Of a DNA stretch of 28,186 nt, positions 16,036 through 24,267 are shown one piece after another. How positions within the stretch are numbered: the first letter of the stretch is position 1; each line of letters opens with the position of its first letter. The notes beneath the pieces were generated by a model. It was not told where the DNA came from, ran no database searches, and saw only the letters and a program-made list of their open reading frames with translations. Position numbers and translations under genes: made by a program. Source of the DNA: a virus; IMG/VR virus record IMGVR_UViG_3300035698_018106, positions 294,717 to 322,902 of that record. One strand, written 5' to 3'.

Positions 16036-16469
16036 GAAATATTTAGGTGGTTTTTATGACGTTTAATAAAAAGTGGGGTTAATGTTTCCATCATTTTTAA
16101 AGAAAGCTTATTCTTTGCATATAATAATTCAATTATATGCAATGGTATATCTCCGGCAGTAACAGATATTTGCCTATTTATCTCATCTTCAAACTTTTTT
16201 GCTTCTTTATTTTTAACTTTACTATTTTTGTGATTTTCTACTGCTACTCTTCCAGGTATTGATTCAACTATAGTCTGTTCAATTATATGAATATCATAAT
16301 CTGAAACAGTTGGTTGGTTTTTCAAATAAGATGGGGAATCATTAATAATGTTATCCAAGGCATTAGATGCCCAACTTAATGATTTCCAAATAGATTTTTT
16401 ACCAGTAGAATAATATTTATTATAACGAATATCCCATATTCTATATAATTTTTGTGTTTTGGTATTCAT
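16032..16469 (-). CDS. hypothetical protein (145 aa)
   Basis: ATG start. Confidence 0.45.
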   Translation of the reverse strand: MNTKTQKLYRIWDIRYNKYYSTGKKSIWKSLSWASNALDNIINDSPSYLKNQPTVSDYDIHIIEQTIVESIPGRVAVENHKNSKVKNKEAKKFEDEINRQISVTAGDIPLHIIELLYAKNKLSLKMMETLTPLFIKRHKNHLNIS

Positions 16470-16481
16470 TATATCGAATGT

Positions 16482-16760
16482 TTATTGTGTTAGTTTTTTT
16501 GGTCTTGTAACTAAAACCGTACCAAATTTCTTAATTAGAGTCATTTGAGTTTCAACCCATTTATTTGCGTTTTCCCAATCTAATTGAGTTGGCTCATTAT
16601 TACGATTTTTACCAAATGATTTCTCCATTACATTAAGCCATAATTCTGGAGATTGTCTGGATTGACTATATTTTTTACTTAAAATTTCTGCATGGACTTG
16701 CCCATGGTAAGGAGAAATTTGAGCAGTATACTCTTCGTTTTCTTTATTTCCTGTCCACAT
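16482..16760 (-). CDS. hypothetical protein (92 aa)
   Basis: ATG start. Confidence 0.45.
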   Translation of the reverse strand: MWTGNKENEEYTAQISPYHGQVHAEILSKKYSQSRQSPELWLNVMEKSFGKNRNNEPTQLDWENANKWVETQMTLIKKFGTVLVTRPKKLTQ

Positions 16761-16764
16761 ATTA

Positions 16765-16950
16765 TTATGATTTAATTATTTCTTCAGAAGATATTAGTTT
16801 CTCTAACAAATATCCTAATTTACCAAATGCTTGTTGAGCTTCAACAAGAGCCTCAACTTCATTGTTACAACCTTCAATTGTCACTGTATGATATAAACCG
16901 GTTTTATTTCCAAATTCTTCTTTAACTCTATGTGTTATTTTAAAATCCAT
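16765..16950 (-). CDS. small hypothetical protein (61 aa)
   Basis: ATG start; abuts the downstream gene. Confidence 0.4.
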   Translation of the reverse strand: MDFKITHRVKEEFGNKTGLYHTVTIEGCNNEVEALVEAQQAFGKLGYLLEKLISSEEIIKS

Positions 16951-17438
16951 TATATTCTTATTGAATTAATTCTGGGTAAACAACATTTTTTATATTTAAG
17001 GTTCGAACCACAAATACATTTATCATTTCGACCTATATCACGATATTTATCTAATTCGATTTTATCTTCTTCCCTCTTTTTTCTTGCTTCGTTACAACGT
17101 TTCTCTCTTTCGAGACGTTTTTCAGCTTCAATACTAATCATTCCAGCATCACTTTCAATTATCTCATCATTATATCCAGGAGGATTTGACATATCATCCA
17201 TTAATTCTTGAAGAGGATTTCTAGCTGTCATTTGTATAAAAGCATCTAATACATTAGTTTGTTTTGATTTCCACCTCTTTTGTTGAGCTTCTAATTTATC
17301 TATAGGTATATCCTTAAGAAATATTTTAGTGTAATTAGTGTCACAAGATAAACATTTTAAATTAGGTTTTGATCCGTCATGTAATTCAAAATCATTACAT
17401 GTTTTACACCATACTCTTCTTAATGTCCTTGTTGGCAT
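16950..17438 (-). CDS. zinc-ribbon / SEC-C-motif protein
   Basis: N-terminal CKTC...CLSC ribbon; C-terminal RNDKCICGSNLKYKKCC matches the SEC-C metal-binding motif (CxCGSGKKYKxCC). Confidence 0.55.
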   Translation of the reverse strand: MPTRTLRRVWCKTCNDFELHDGSKPNLKCLSCDTNYTKIFLKDIPIDKLEAQQKRWKSKQTNVLDAFIQMTARNPLQELMDDMSNPPGYNDEIIESDAGMISIEAEKRLEREKRCNEARKKREEDKIELDKYRDIGRNDKCICGSNLKYKKCCLPRINSIRI

Positions 17439-17442
17439 ATTT

Positions 17443-17616
17443 TTAATTATTTTGTTTTAAAATTGCAACTTCTTCACTTAAATCTTGCATTTCACGAGCC
17501 ATAGACTTTTCTTCAATATTTGATAGAATATAACCATCTCTATTTCCATTCAATACTTTATTAAGTCTGGATATTGTAGCTTCTTTTTCTATAATATTTT
17601 TATCTAAAGATGTCAT
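17443..17616 (-). CDS. small coiled-coil protein (57 aa, MTSLDKNIIEKEATISRLNKVLNGNRDGYILSNIEEKSMAREMQDLSEEVAILKQNN)
   Basis: hand-translated, below track cutoff; first ORF after cassette copy f. Confidence 0.3.
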   Translation of the reverse strand: MTSLDKNIIEKEATISRLNKVLNGNRDGYILSNIEEKSMAREMQDLSEEVAILKQNN

Positions 17617-17625
17617 ATTGTATAA

Positions 17626-17697
17626 TTTTTAATTTAGATAAAAATAACCAATTTTACTTATTAAGAACAATATTAAATGTTAATAAATGTTAAAATG
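17626..17697 (-). promoter_or_regulatory. promoter cassette copy f (core variant AAAAATAACCAATTTTAC)
   Basis: ...TTAAGAACAATATTAAATGTTAATAAATGTTAAAA. Confidence 0.45.
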
Positions 17698-17704
17698 ACT
17701 TAAT

Positions 17705-18010
17705 TTAATCGATAAAATCTTCAACATTTTTAAGTTGGTATTCAAGATCTTCAATTTTTTCTAATAATTCTTTTTTCTCTTTTTCTAAATCATCACGCTC
17801 ATCTTCCATTTCACTGGCTCTAACTGCTTCTTCATTTCCAAATGTTCGCAAATCACTATTAGCTTGTCTAATTTCTTCTAATTTTTTTTCTATACTATCT
17901 TCATCATAATAAGCAATTCTATCCCAATCAGCACAACGTATAGCATCTATAACATAGTTTATTAATGGACAGGTATTACTTACGTTTGTATGGTCTATAT
18001 CTCTTGACAT
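17705..18010 (-). CDS. acidic coiled-coil protein (101 aa)
   Basis: ATG start; EE/KK-rich heptad-like sequence. Confidence 0.45.
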   Translation of the reverse strand: MSRDIDHTNVSNTCPLINYVIDAIRCADWDRIAYYDEDSIEKKLEEIRQANSDLRTFGNEEAVRASEMEDERDDLEKEKKELLEKIEDLEYQLKNVEDFID

Positions 18011-18021
18011 AAATCTATTTA

Positions 18022-18408
18022 TTATAAATAAGTATCATCAATATATTTCTTTTTTAATCTAATCCAATCCAACCGATCTTTTTCTTCTTTTTCAGTTTTT
18101 CTTTCTTCTTTTTTCTTTTCTTCTGCACGAATTAATTCAGCTTTTCGTTTTAATATTATATCACCAAAATACTTTTCAAAAAACTCAATAGGCTCATTGA
18201 TATCAGTTTTAACGATATCAAATCCTCCAAAATTTTCTCCACAACCAGTTAAATTATTTGATGTTGATACATAAATCAGATTGTTATCAATCTCATAATT
18301 ATCCATTGTCATACCCGTTCGGTTAATACTGGCATGAATTTCAGAAATTGACCATAGCTTTTCATGCAATTCAATATCGATTTTTTCGTATAATGCAATG
18401 TTTATCAT
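18022..18408 (-). CDS. hypothetical protein (128 aa from the first ATG; the track's 18483 start is a TTG inside cassette g)
   Basis: the track N-terminus translates the promoter cassette; ATG 18406-18408 lies about 45 nt past the core. Confidence 0.45.
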   Translation of the reverse strand: MINIALYEKIDIELHEKLWSISEIHASINRTGMTMDNYEIDNNLIYVSTSNNLTGCGENFGGFDIVKTDINEPIEFFEKYFGDIILKRKAELIRAEEKKKEERKTEKEEKDRLDWIRLKKKYIDDTYL

Positions 18409-18444
18409 ATTAATATATTTTAAATGGTTTTGCAAATATTTTTT

Positions 18445-18508
18445 AGTTAAGTAAATATATCCAATTTTACTTAATAAGAACAATATTAAATGTTAAAAAA
18501 TGTTAATT
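18445..18508 (-). promoter_or_regulatory. promoter cassette copy g (core variant TAAATATATCCAATTTTAC)
   Basis: ...TAATAAGAACAATATTAAATGTTAAAAAATGTTAA. Confidence 0.45.
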
Positions 18509-18733
18509 ATAAAATTGTTTTTGCATATGGACATGTCCTCTTCCAATACCAACAAGAAATTTCATATGTTTAGAAGACACTGAGCCATACTCTTGTCCAT
18601 CTATTAACATTGTTAATATACCAATCCCATCTAAAAAATTAATGATATCTTGTTTCAAATTACATCTTATCTCTTTTTTACCAAGAGAAAACGAACCATT
18701 ATTTTTATTAAAGAAACCAATTTTCTTCCCCAT
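18503..18733 (-). CDS. hypothetical protein (76 aa from MGKKIGFF; the track's 18760 start is a TTG)
   Basis: its TAA stop is supplied by the second TGTTAA of cassette g. Confidence 0.4.
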   Translation of the reverse strand: MGKKIGFFNKNNGSFSLGKKEIRCNLKQDIINFLDGIGILTMLIDGQEYGSVSSKHMKFLVGIGRGHVHMQKQFYN

Positions 18734-18806
18734 TATAGTGTGGTTTAAGGTATTAATCAATATAAATTTTCAAAACGTTTAAGAATTGGTGCATTCTATC
18801 ATTATA

Positions 18807-19055
18807 TTAAACTACTTTAATACGTTTGCCACAACTACATATCAATTCTTGCTTCACTTCATTAAAAACATAATTACCCTTCCCGCAGTCACATAATGAT
18901 ACTTCACCATTCTCATTATCTCCTTTTATAATTGCGTTGGATATCTTATAATAATCATCTCTATCTAAATATTCTATTATCTCTCCATCTGATAATGTAC
19001 CAAATTTAGAAAAGATTCCAAAAATTTCATGAATATCAACATCGTCTAATTTCAT
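18807..19055 (-). CDS. small zinc-ribbon-like protein
   Basis: C-terminal CDCGKG...CSCGKR pairs; 82 aa. Confidence 0.4.
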   Translation of the reverse strand: MKLDDVDIHEIFGIFSKFGTLSDGEIIEYLDRDDYYKISNAIIKGDNENGEVSLCDCGKGNYVFNEVKQELICSCGKRIKVV

Positions 19056-19378
19056 ACTTTATTTTTTAATATAGTTATTCCCCATTCTTCATCTTCATAA
19101 AGAAAATTAAACTTATCTGTTATAGAATGAGTACACATAAAATTAGTATACACTTTACCTTCATTTATACACTTTTGAATATCCTCTAATTCCGACTTTC
19201 CAAAATCTTCAGATTCTCCATAAAATGTAAAAGTATCAATATATTTGTCAAATATAAACCATCCACCTCCAGATACTTTCTCTTTATCAAAAGCTAATTC
19301 TTTATGATAATTACACTTGCCTATAATCAAATTTCCATCCTCTATAATAAACTTTGAAAATAATTCTGTTATGTCCAT
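19052..19378 (-). CDS. hypothetical protein (108 aa)
   Basis: first gene after cassette copy h. Confidence 0.45.
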   Translation of the reverse strand: MDITELFSKFIIEDGNLIIGKCNYHKELAFDKEKVSGGGWFIFDKYIDTFTFYGESEDFGKSELEDIQKCINEGKVYTNFMCTHSITDKFNFLYEDEEWGITILKNKV

Positions 19379-19391
19379 ATATTTTTTTATT

Positions 19392-19455
19392 TAGTTAAAT
19401 ATAACCAAATTTACTATAAGAGAACAATTTTAAATGTTAAAAAATGTTAAAAATT
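19392..19455 (-). promoter_or_regulatory. promoter cassette copy h
   Basis: TTAAATATAACCAAATTTACTATAAGAGAACAATTTTAAATGTTAAAAAATGTTAAAA. Confidence 0.5.
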
Positions 19456-20271
19456 AGTATATTGTTTAAGGGCAGCTTTAATAGTATCCATTGAAAAAGA
19501 CTTTCCATCAATCTCAATACTTGTATCACTTCTATTAACAACTTCTTCTGATGTTATTTTCTTAAATAAACTATTATTAACATAACATATTGTATTTTCA
19601 TTATAATGAAGTGCTAATGCGCAAATATTGTTAGTTTGATTCTTAACATACTTAATTGATGTAGGTGATTGAGTAATAGCTGCCATACAAATTTCTTCAG
19701 ATTGTTGTTTAACATATTGTAACATCTGTCCATTTATCTTTACTGCTACTAAACAAACTTTATCAAAATGTATATGAATATACTTTAATGCCGTAGGTGA
19801 TTGAGTAACTGCAACCATACAAATTCTAAGTGATTGATTTCTAACATATTGTACTGCATTCCCATTTTGTTCAACTGCTGCTAAACATATCTCCTCAGTT
19901 TGCTGATGTACTAAACATAATAGTAATCCATCTTGTTTAACGGCGGCCAAACAATTATCAAGTGTTTGTATAATAACATACTTAAAAGCATTACTATTTT
20001 GTTTAATAGCTTCTAAACAAATCTCTTCAGTTTGTTTCTTTACATATTGTAAAGCATTTGTATCTTTTCTAACAGCTGCTAAACAAATCTCTTCAGTTTG
20101 CTCATCTACAAACGTCAATGCTCCGCTATTCGTCAGAACAGCCATCATAGCCTCTCCACCAGTCAAATCACATTTTGGACCAGCATATATATAATGCTTA
20201 TCTCTATAATTTTTTAAGTGCTTAGGGCAATTTCTATTAAAAGTATCTTGCAAATGAGTTTGTTTTAACAT
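19447..20271 (-). CDS. 22-aa tandem-repeat protein (DUF4116-like), paralog 1
   Basis: about 9 repeats of EQTEEICLAAV[KR]QNG.ALQYVK plus the conserved tail IEIDGKSFSMDTIKAALKQYTNF; its stop lies inside cassette h. Confidence 0.6.
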   Translation of the reverse strand: MLKQTHLQDTFNRNCPKHLKNYRDKHYIYAGPKCDLTGGEAMMAVLTNSGALTFVDEQTEEICLAAVRKDTNALQYVKKQTEEICLEAIKQNSNAFKYVIIQTLDNCLAAVKQDGLLLCLVHQQTEEICLAAVEQNGNAVQYVRNQSLRICMVAVTQSPTALKYIHIHFDKVCLVAVKINGQMLQYVKQQSEEICMAAITQSPTSIKYVKNQTNNICALALHYNENTICYVNNSLFKKITSEEVVNRSDTSIEIDGKSFSMDTIKAALKQYTNF

Positions 20272-20288
20272 ATCTTTTTATTTAATTT

Positions 20289-20618
20289 TTAAATTAACAC
20301 AAAAGCTAAACATTTTTCAGCTAATGGTAAAAGCTCTTCTAAATGTGGTAATCTATATGAATAATAATTACATTCGTTACCATTAAATTTCTTTATTTCG
20401 TTCTTATATGTATTAAGCAATGTCTCTATATTTTCAATATAAGTTGTTAATGCATCTATTACAGCATCAATATGACTATCACATTTAAATTTTTGATTTG
20501 TTGATGATGTTAAAAAATCAATACTAACTTTTGCCCCATACCTACTAAAGGTAGATTTTATAACAATACTATCTTTAGAAGAATGCTTACTCAAAATTTC
20601 AACTATTTTTTCTATCAT
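20289..20618 (-). CDS. hypothetical protein (109 aa)
   Basis: first gene after cassette copy i. Confidence 0.45.
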   Translation of the reverse strand: MIEKIVEILSKHSSKDSIVIKSTFSRYGAKVSIDFLTSSTNQKFKCDSHIDAVIDALTTYIENIETLLNTYKNEIKKFNGNECNYYSYRLPHLEELLPLAEKCLAFVLI

Positions 20619-20627
20619 AATTTTATA

Positions 20628-20698
20628 ATTTTATAATAGTTAAATATAACCAAATTTACTATAAGAGAACAATATTAAATGTTAAAAAATGTTAAAAA
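20628..20698 (-). promoter_or_regulatory. promoter cassette copy i
   Basis: TTAAATATAACCAAATTTACTATAAGAGAACAATATTAAATGTTAAAAAATGTTAAAA (near-identical to h). Confidence 0.5.
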
Positions 20699-21309
20699 CT
20701 AATATATTGCTTAAGTGCAGCTTTAATAGTATCCTTTGAAAAAGTCTTACCATCAATCTCAATCTCATTATTTTCTTCTTTAAACATATCTTCCTTTACA
20801 TATTGTAATGCACGCACATCTTGTTTAACAGCTTCTAAACATATCTCTTCAGTTTGCTCATTAACATAACGTAAAGCATGACCATTTTGTCTAACAGCTT
20901 TTAAACATATCTCTGGAGTTTGTTCTAATACATATTGTAATACAAATCCATTTTGTTTAATTGCTACTAAACACATCTCTTCAGTTTGCTCTTTTACATA
21001 TTGTAATGCATCCCCATCTTGTTTAACTGCTTCTAAACATATCGCTTCAGTTTGCTCTTTAACATAACGTAATGCATGACCATTTTGTTTAACTCCTGCT
21101 AAACATATCTCTGGTGTTTGCACCCTTACATACTGTAATGCATGACCTTTTTGTCTAACTGCTTCTAAACATATCTTTTCAGTTTGCTCATTAACATAAT
21201 GTAATACATAACCATCTTCTCTAACAGCTTCTAACGCTGCATCACCAGTTAAATTACATTTATCTTCTAACTTATCATAATCACTTTTATAATCTTTCAA
21301 ATCTTTCAT
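20692..21309 (-). CDS. 22-aa tandem-repeat protein (DUF4116-like), paralog 2 (start at MKDLKDYKSDYDKL; the track's 21333 start is a TTG)
   Basis: about 8 repeats and the tail IEIDGKTFSKDTIKAALKQYISF; the N-terminus matches paralog 3; its stop lies inside cassette i. Confidence 0.6.
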   Translation of the reverse strand: MKDLKDYKSDYDKLEDKCNLTGDAALEAVREDGYVLHYVNEQTEKICLEAVRQKGHALQYVRVQTPEICLAGVKQNGHALRYVKEQTEAICLEAVKQDGDALQYVKEQTEEMCLVAIKQNGFVLQYVLEQTPEICLKAVRQNGHALRYVNEQTEEICLEAVKQDVRALQYVKEDMFKEENNEIEIDGKTFSKDTIKAALKQYISF

Positions 21310-21360
21310 TATCCTTTTTTTCATTATATTCAAATATATCTATAATCTATCACAATATAA

Positions 21361-21387
21361 AATCTAAAATGTTAAAAGATGTTATAG
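21361..21387 (-). promoter_or_regulatory. partial cassette (direct repeat only, core replaced)
   Basis: AAAATGTTAAAAGATGTTATAG upstream of paralog 2; abuts the G-free island arm. Confidence 0.3.
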
Positions 21388-21603
21388 ATATCTCTTTACT
21401 CATCTCGTACACCCACTCTAACACCCTCTCAATCTCTCACTCTTCTACTTATATTACTACATCTCACTCTATATCATTCACTGTATTTCACTAAACTAAC
21501 TCTTCTAACTCCCTTACCCTCTCTCACATATTCCCTAACCTCGCGAGCTTCCCTACATTATCACAATAATTATTTTTATAATATAACATATAATATAAAC
21601 TAT

Positions 21604-21825
21604 CTAATAAATCTCTTCAAACTTACACTCTAATACAACATCAGAACTCTTTAAAAACTCTCTCATCTTATCATAACTATAAGATATCTTATATACAACT
21701 CTATTCATACCCTTACTTGCAATAAACCCTATAGTACACATCTTCTCAGGATCCCAATCATAATATCTCTCTATCAAACATCCATCTATCACTAACATAC
21801 TATCATTATACTCTATTATCTTCAT
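21604..21825 (-). CDS. small hypothetical protein in the G-depleted island arm
   Basis: 73 aa ORF with ATG start; its coding strand is C-poor. Confidence 0.35.
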   Translation of the reverse strand: MKIIEYNDSMLVIDGCLIERYYDWDPEKMCTIGFIASKGMNRVVYKISYSYDKMREFLKSSDVVLECKFEEIY

Positions 21826-22056
21826 AACCTTAAATTTTTTTATATTTTCTATATCTCTTTAATATTAATAATATATACAAATCACAAATAAATTCTAAAC
21901 AAATCACAAACAAATCCCTACAAAGTAATCCTGTCAGGGCTCAAACCTAATCAATCAAAACGGCGCGCCTCTATCTCGAAACTGCTGTCACCTTGAGATA
22001 GTTACAGATATATAATTTCGAGTATAAGATTCTCCCTGTTTCGCCCTGAGACATAT

Positions 22057-22077
22057 AATGTAACATATGTTACAAAA
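22057..22077. repeat. 21-bp element AATGTAACATATGTTACAAAA containing a 16-bp perfect palindrome, copy 1
   Basis: exact repeat of 22112-22132. Confidence 0.6.
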
Positions 22078-22111
22078 TTTACCTTATACGAACTGTGGGA
22101 ATGGTATTAAG

Positions 22112-22132
22112 AATGTAACATATGTTACAAAA
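22112..22132. repeat. 21-bp element AATGTAACATATGTTACAAAA, copy 2 (overlaps the stop codon of 22125-22379)
   Basis: exact repeat of 22057-22077, 55 bp apart. Confidence 0.6.
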
Positions 22133-22379
22133 AGTTGATAAGAACCATATTATCTTTAGGAACTGAGTAGATTTCAATTGTATTAGAAAGAAGTTTGCAA
22201 TCAAGGATTCGGTATATGAGAGTAAAGTATTTTTGAGGGACTGTTATTTCCATTGTAGAGTAAGTAGTCCAGCATATATCGATATCTGATTTGTTTATGA
22301 ACTCGTTAGTATTTTGATATACCAGATTAATGAGTTCATTTTGCAAGTTCATTATATTATTGATATCTTTGTAGTCCAT
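22125..22379 (-). CDS. hypothetical protein in the C-depleted island arm (84 aa from MDYKD; the track's 22469 start is a TTG inside the promoter core)
   Basis: the track start is the TTG of ATTTGGTTATATTT; the first ATG is 22377-22379; the stop overlaps a 16-bp perfect palindrome. Confidence 0.35.
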   Translation of the reverse strand: MDYKDINNIMNLQNELINLVYQNTNEFINKSDIDICWTTYSTMEITVPQKYFTLIYRILDCKLLSNTIEIYSVPKDNMVLINFL

Positions 22380-22454
22380 TAGTTGGTGGATTATTTTTTC
22401 ATTTTGATTATTTAGATTAATACTGAGATTAAATGTTTTATTTTTATTAGTCAG

Positions 22455-22490
22455 TATAAATATAACCAAAATAATATAGTTAGGGCAATT
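22455..22490 (-). promoter_or_regulatory. core-only cassette variant (type-2-like)
   Basis: AAATATAACCAAAATAATATAGTTAGGGCAA upstream of 22125-22379. Confidence 0.3.
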
Positions 22491-23094
22491 AATGTGTGAT
22501 TAAATTAGATTTAATTTTATTTAGTTGTTTTAAAGTTATAGTTTTTGCGTTAGCTGTATATTCTTTGCGTATTAATATTTTTTGAGATTCTGGAAGTGTG
22601 TGATATGTTTCGCGTACACCGTGGTGGTATTTAACTATAGTAGATTCTTTCCACATAGTAGCTTTGAGGATATTATAGTATAGAGTTGAGATTATTTTCT
22701 TTTCAATTTTTGATAGGTTATATATTTGGTGTGTATTGCTCCATTTAACTAGTTTTTTATATGATAGAGGGAATTTATATTTTTCAAGTAGGTAGTTGAT
22801 AGTATGTGTGTGTGTAGTAAAGAAAGATATAGTATTGAGTTTTCTTGATTTGTTTCTTTGATTGTTGTATTTAGATTGGAGTTGTATATATTTTTCTTTA
22901 TTATTTTTTATATAGGTTTTAGTATAAGCTGCATCTTTAGCTTTATTGAGAGGGTTTGTTCTTCTTTTTTTAGTTTGTTCTTTGCTACAAAGTGAGCATC
23001 GAATTATATCTTTTTTTCCATAGTTGTAGATGTTATGGATAGTAATTACATTATGTTCAGAACAAAATTTAGATATTGTATTTATTTTAGCCAC
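22489..23094 (-). CDS. hypothetical Cys-cluster protein (N-terminal CSEHN...RCSLC), GTG start
   Basis: 201 aa ORF with GTG start (cac 23092-23094) and no in-frame ATG for about 150 codons; plus strand is almost C-free here. Confidence 0.4.
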   Translation of the reverse strand: MAKINTISKFCSEHNVITIHNIYNYGKKDIIRCSLCSKEQTKKRRTNPLNKAKDAAYTKTYIKNNKEKYIQLQSKYNNQRNKSRKLNTISFFTTHTHTINYLLEKYKFPLSYKKLVKWSNTHQIYNLSKIEKKIISTLYYNILKATMWKESTIVKYHHGVRETYHTLPESQKILIRKEYTANAKTITLKQLNKIKSNLITH

Positions 23095-23210
23095 AATTAA
23101 TTATTTAGAGGGTGCACGACTGATTAAATTTAGTATTAAAGATATAAGATAATATGTATATGATATATGAGTTGAAGAGATGATTGATAGAGTGATTGAG
23201 AGATATGATA

Positions 23211-23420
23211 TTAGTTAGTAGGTTGTTCCCAATCGATAGTACCTGTGATTACGAATTCTGTTTGGCAGTTATCGCAAGTCATTTCGGCGTAAGTTGTAGT
23301 ATCAAGAGAGTACATTGATTTGGTATCTTGTATAGATTTGTTTGTATTAGGGTTAGGTAGATAGATTGATGGGTTACCTGTTGCTCTTGTTTTGGTTGAA
23401 TTACAGTTTGGACATTTCAT
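23211..23420 (-). CDS. small zinc-ribbon protein
   Basis: CPNC...CDNC pairs; 69 aa. Confidence 0.4.
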   Translation of the reverse strand: MKCPNCNSTKTRATGNPSIYLPNPNTNKSIQDTKSMYSLDTTTYAEMTCDNCQTEFVITGTIDWEQPTN

Positions 23421-23532
23421 AGTAGTTTATAATATATATTTATAATTTAAGTGACACTGAGTTGAGTGTTAAATGAATGTTATAGTAATATACATAAAAC
23501 ATTGGAATAACACTCAGATAACATTCGAGTGA

Positions 23533-23718
23533 TTAGTCGATGTAGTAAGTAACTGTTGTTTCAGAGATAACATTGAAATGTTTTCTACAATGAGGGCATT
23601 GAACTAGTTCAGTAAAATCTTTGATGTTATCTTGTTTGATAGTTATGCCGCCTTGACAGTGTTTGCAATAGAGGTCAAGAGTTTCATCAGATTTAGATTT
23701 AGAAAGGATGAGGTTCAT
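23533..23718 (-). CDS. small zinc-ribbon protein
   Basis: CKHC...CPHC pairs; 61 aa. Confidence 0.4.
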   Translation of the reverse strand: MNLILSKSKSDETLDLYCKHCQGGITIKQDNIKDFTELVQCPHCRKHFNVISETTVTYYID

Positions 23719-23723
23719 ATATT

Positions 23724-24248
23724 TTAGTTTTTAAGTTTAAATATTGTTTCATCGATATCAACAGATACAACTTCAAGACCTAGCATATTGACAATACATG
23801 AGTAGTATTTAGGTCTTCTAACAAAATCAACAAGAGCTTCATTATGTTCAGAACAGAATCCATGGAATATATTAACGAATCCTAGGAAGATATCATGATG
23901 AGGATCGAGTTGATGATCATTTCTGATATCAGAAAGCATGTTTAATACTTTAGTTTCTATATTAATTTTGCGTTCCGGATTAATATTGTTTAATGTAAAT
24001 ACATGTGATATAGTAATATGATTATAGTTAACATTGGCCATAGAATAAGACTCTATATTTTCAAGAGATTCTCCGTTATAGAGTTTAAAGTAAGCTCTAC
24101 AGTAGAGGTTATCTTCTAATTTATAGATTTTATGAGATACCCCATTATAGTGTGCAGTGCAATTAGGGTATAGATGTTTAAGATATCTAACAGTTTTACA
24201 ATCTCTTAATTCTTTAGAGATAATTATATTGATTTCTATTTCTTTCAT
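23724..24248 (-). CDS. hypothetical protein (174 aa)
   Basis: first gene after degenerate cassette k (AGTTAA-N4-AGTTAA). Confidence 0.45.
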   Translation of the reverse strand: MKEIEINIIISKELRDCKTVRYLKHLYPNCTAHYNGVSHKIYKLEDNLYCRAYFKLYNGESLENIESYSMANVNYNHITISHVFTLNNINPERKINIETKVLNMLSDIRNDHQLDPHHDIFLGFVNIFHGFCSEHNEALVDFVRRPKYYSCIVNMLGLEVVSVDIDETIFKLKN

Positions 24249-24267
24249 ATTTTTGAATTTGTATATT

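Noticed and set aside
1437-16930. Plus-strand ORFs from the track (1437-1634, 3257-3550, 3694-3891, 5000-5203, 7114-7482, 11888-12070, 13355-13558, 16930-17211)
   Set aside because: Each lies antisense inside, or overlapping, a longer minus-strand gene. The proteins are low-complexity, typical shadow ORFs of AT-rich DNA. No cassette or other start context precedes them, and the whole array is unidirectional.
21380-23220. Firm call of a transposon with terminal inverted repeats for the skewed island
   Set aside because: The arms share low-complexity CT-rich words when one is reverse-complemented, but I cannot establish alignable homology by eye. No recognisable transposase, integrase or target-site duplication is present. 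Kept as one hypothesis in the island finding only.
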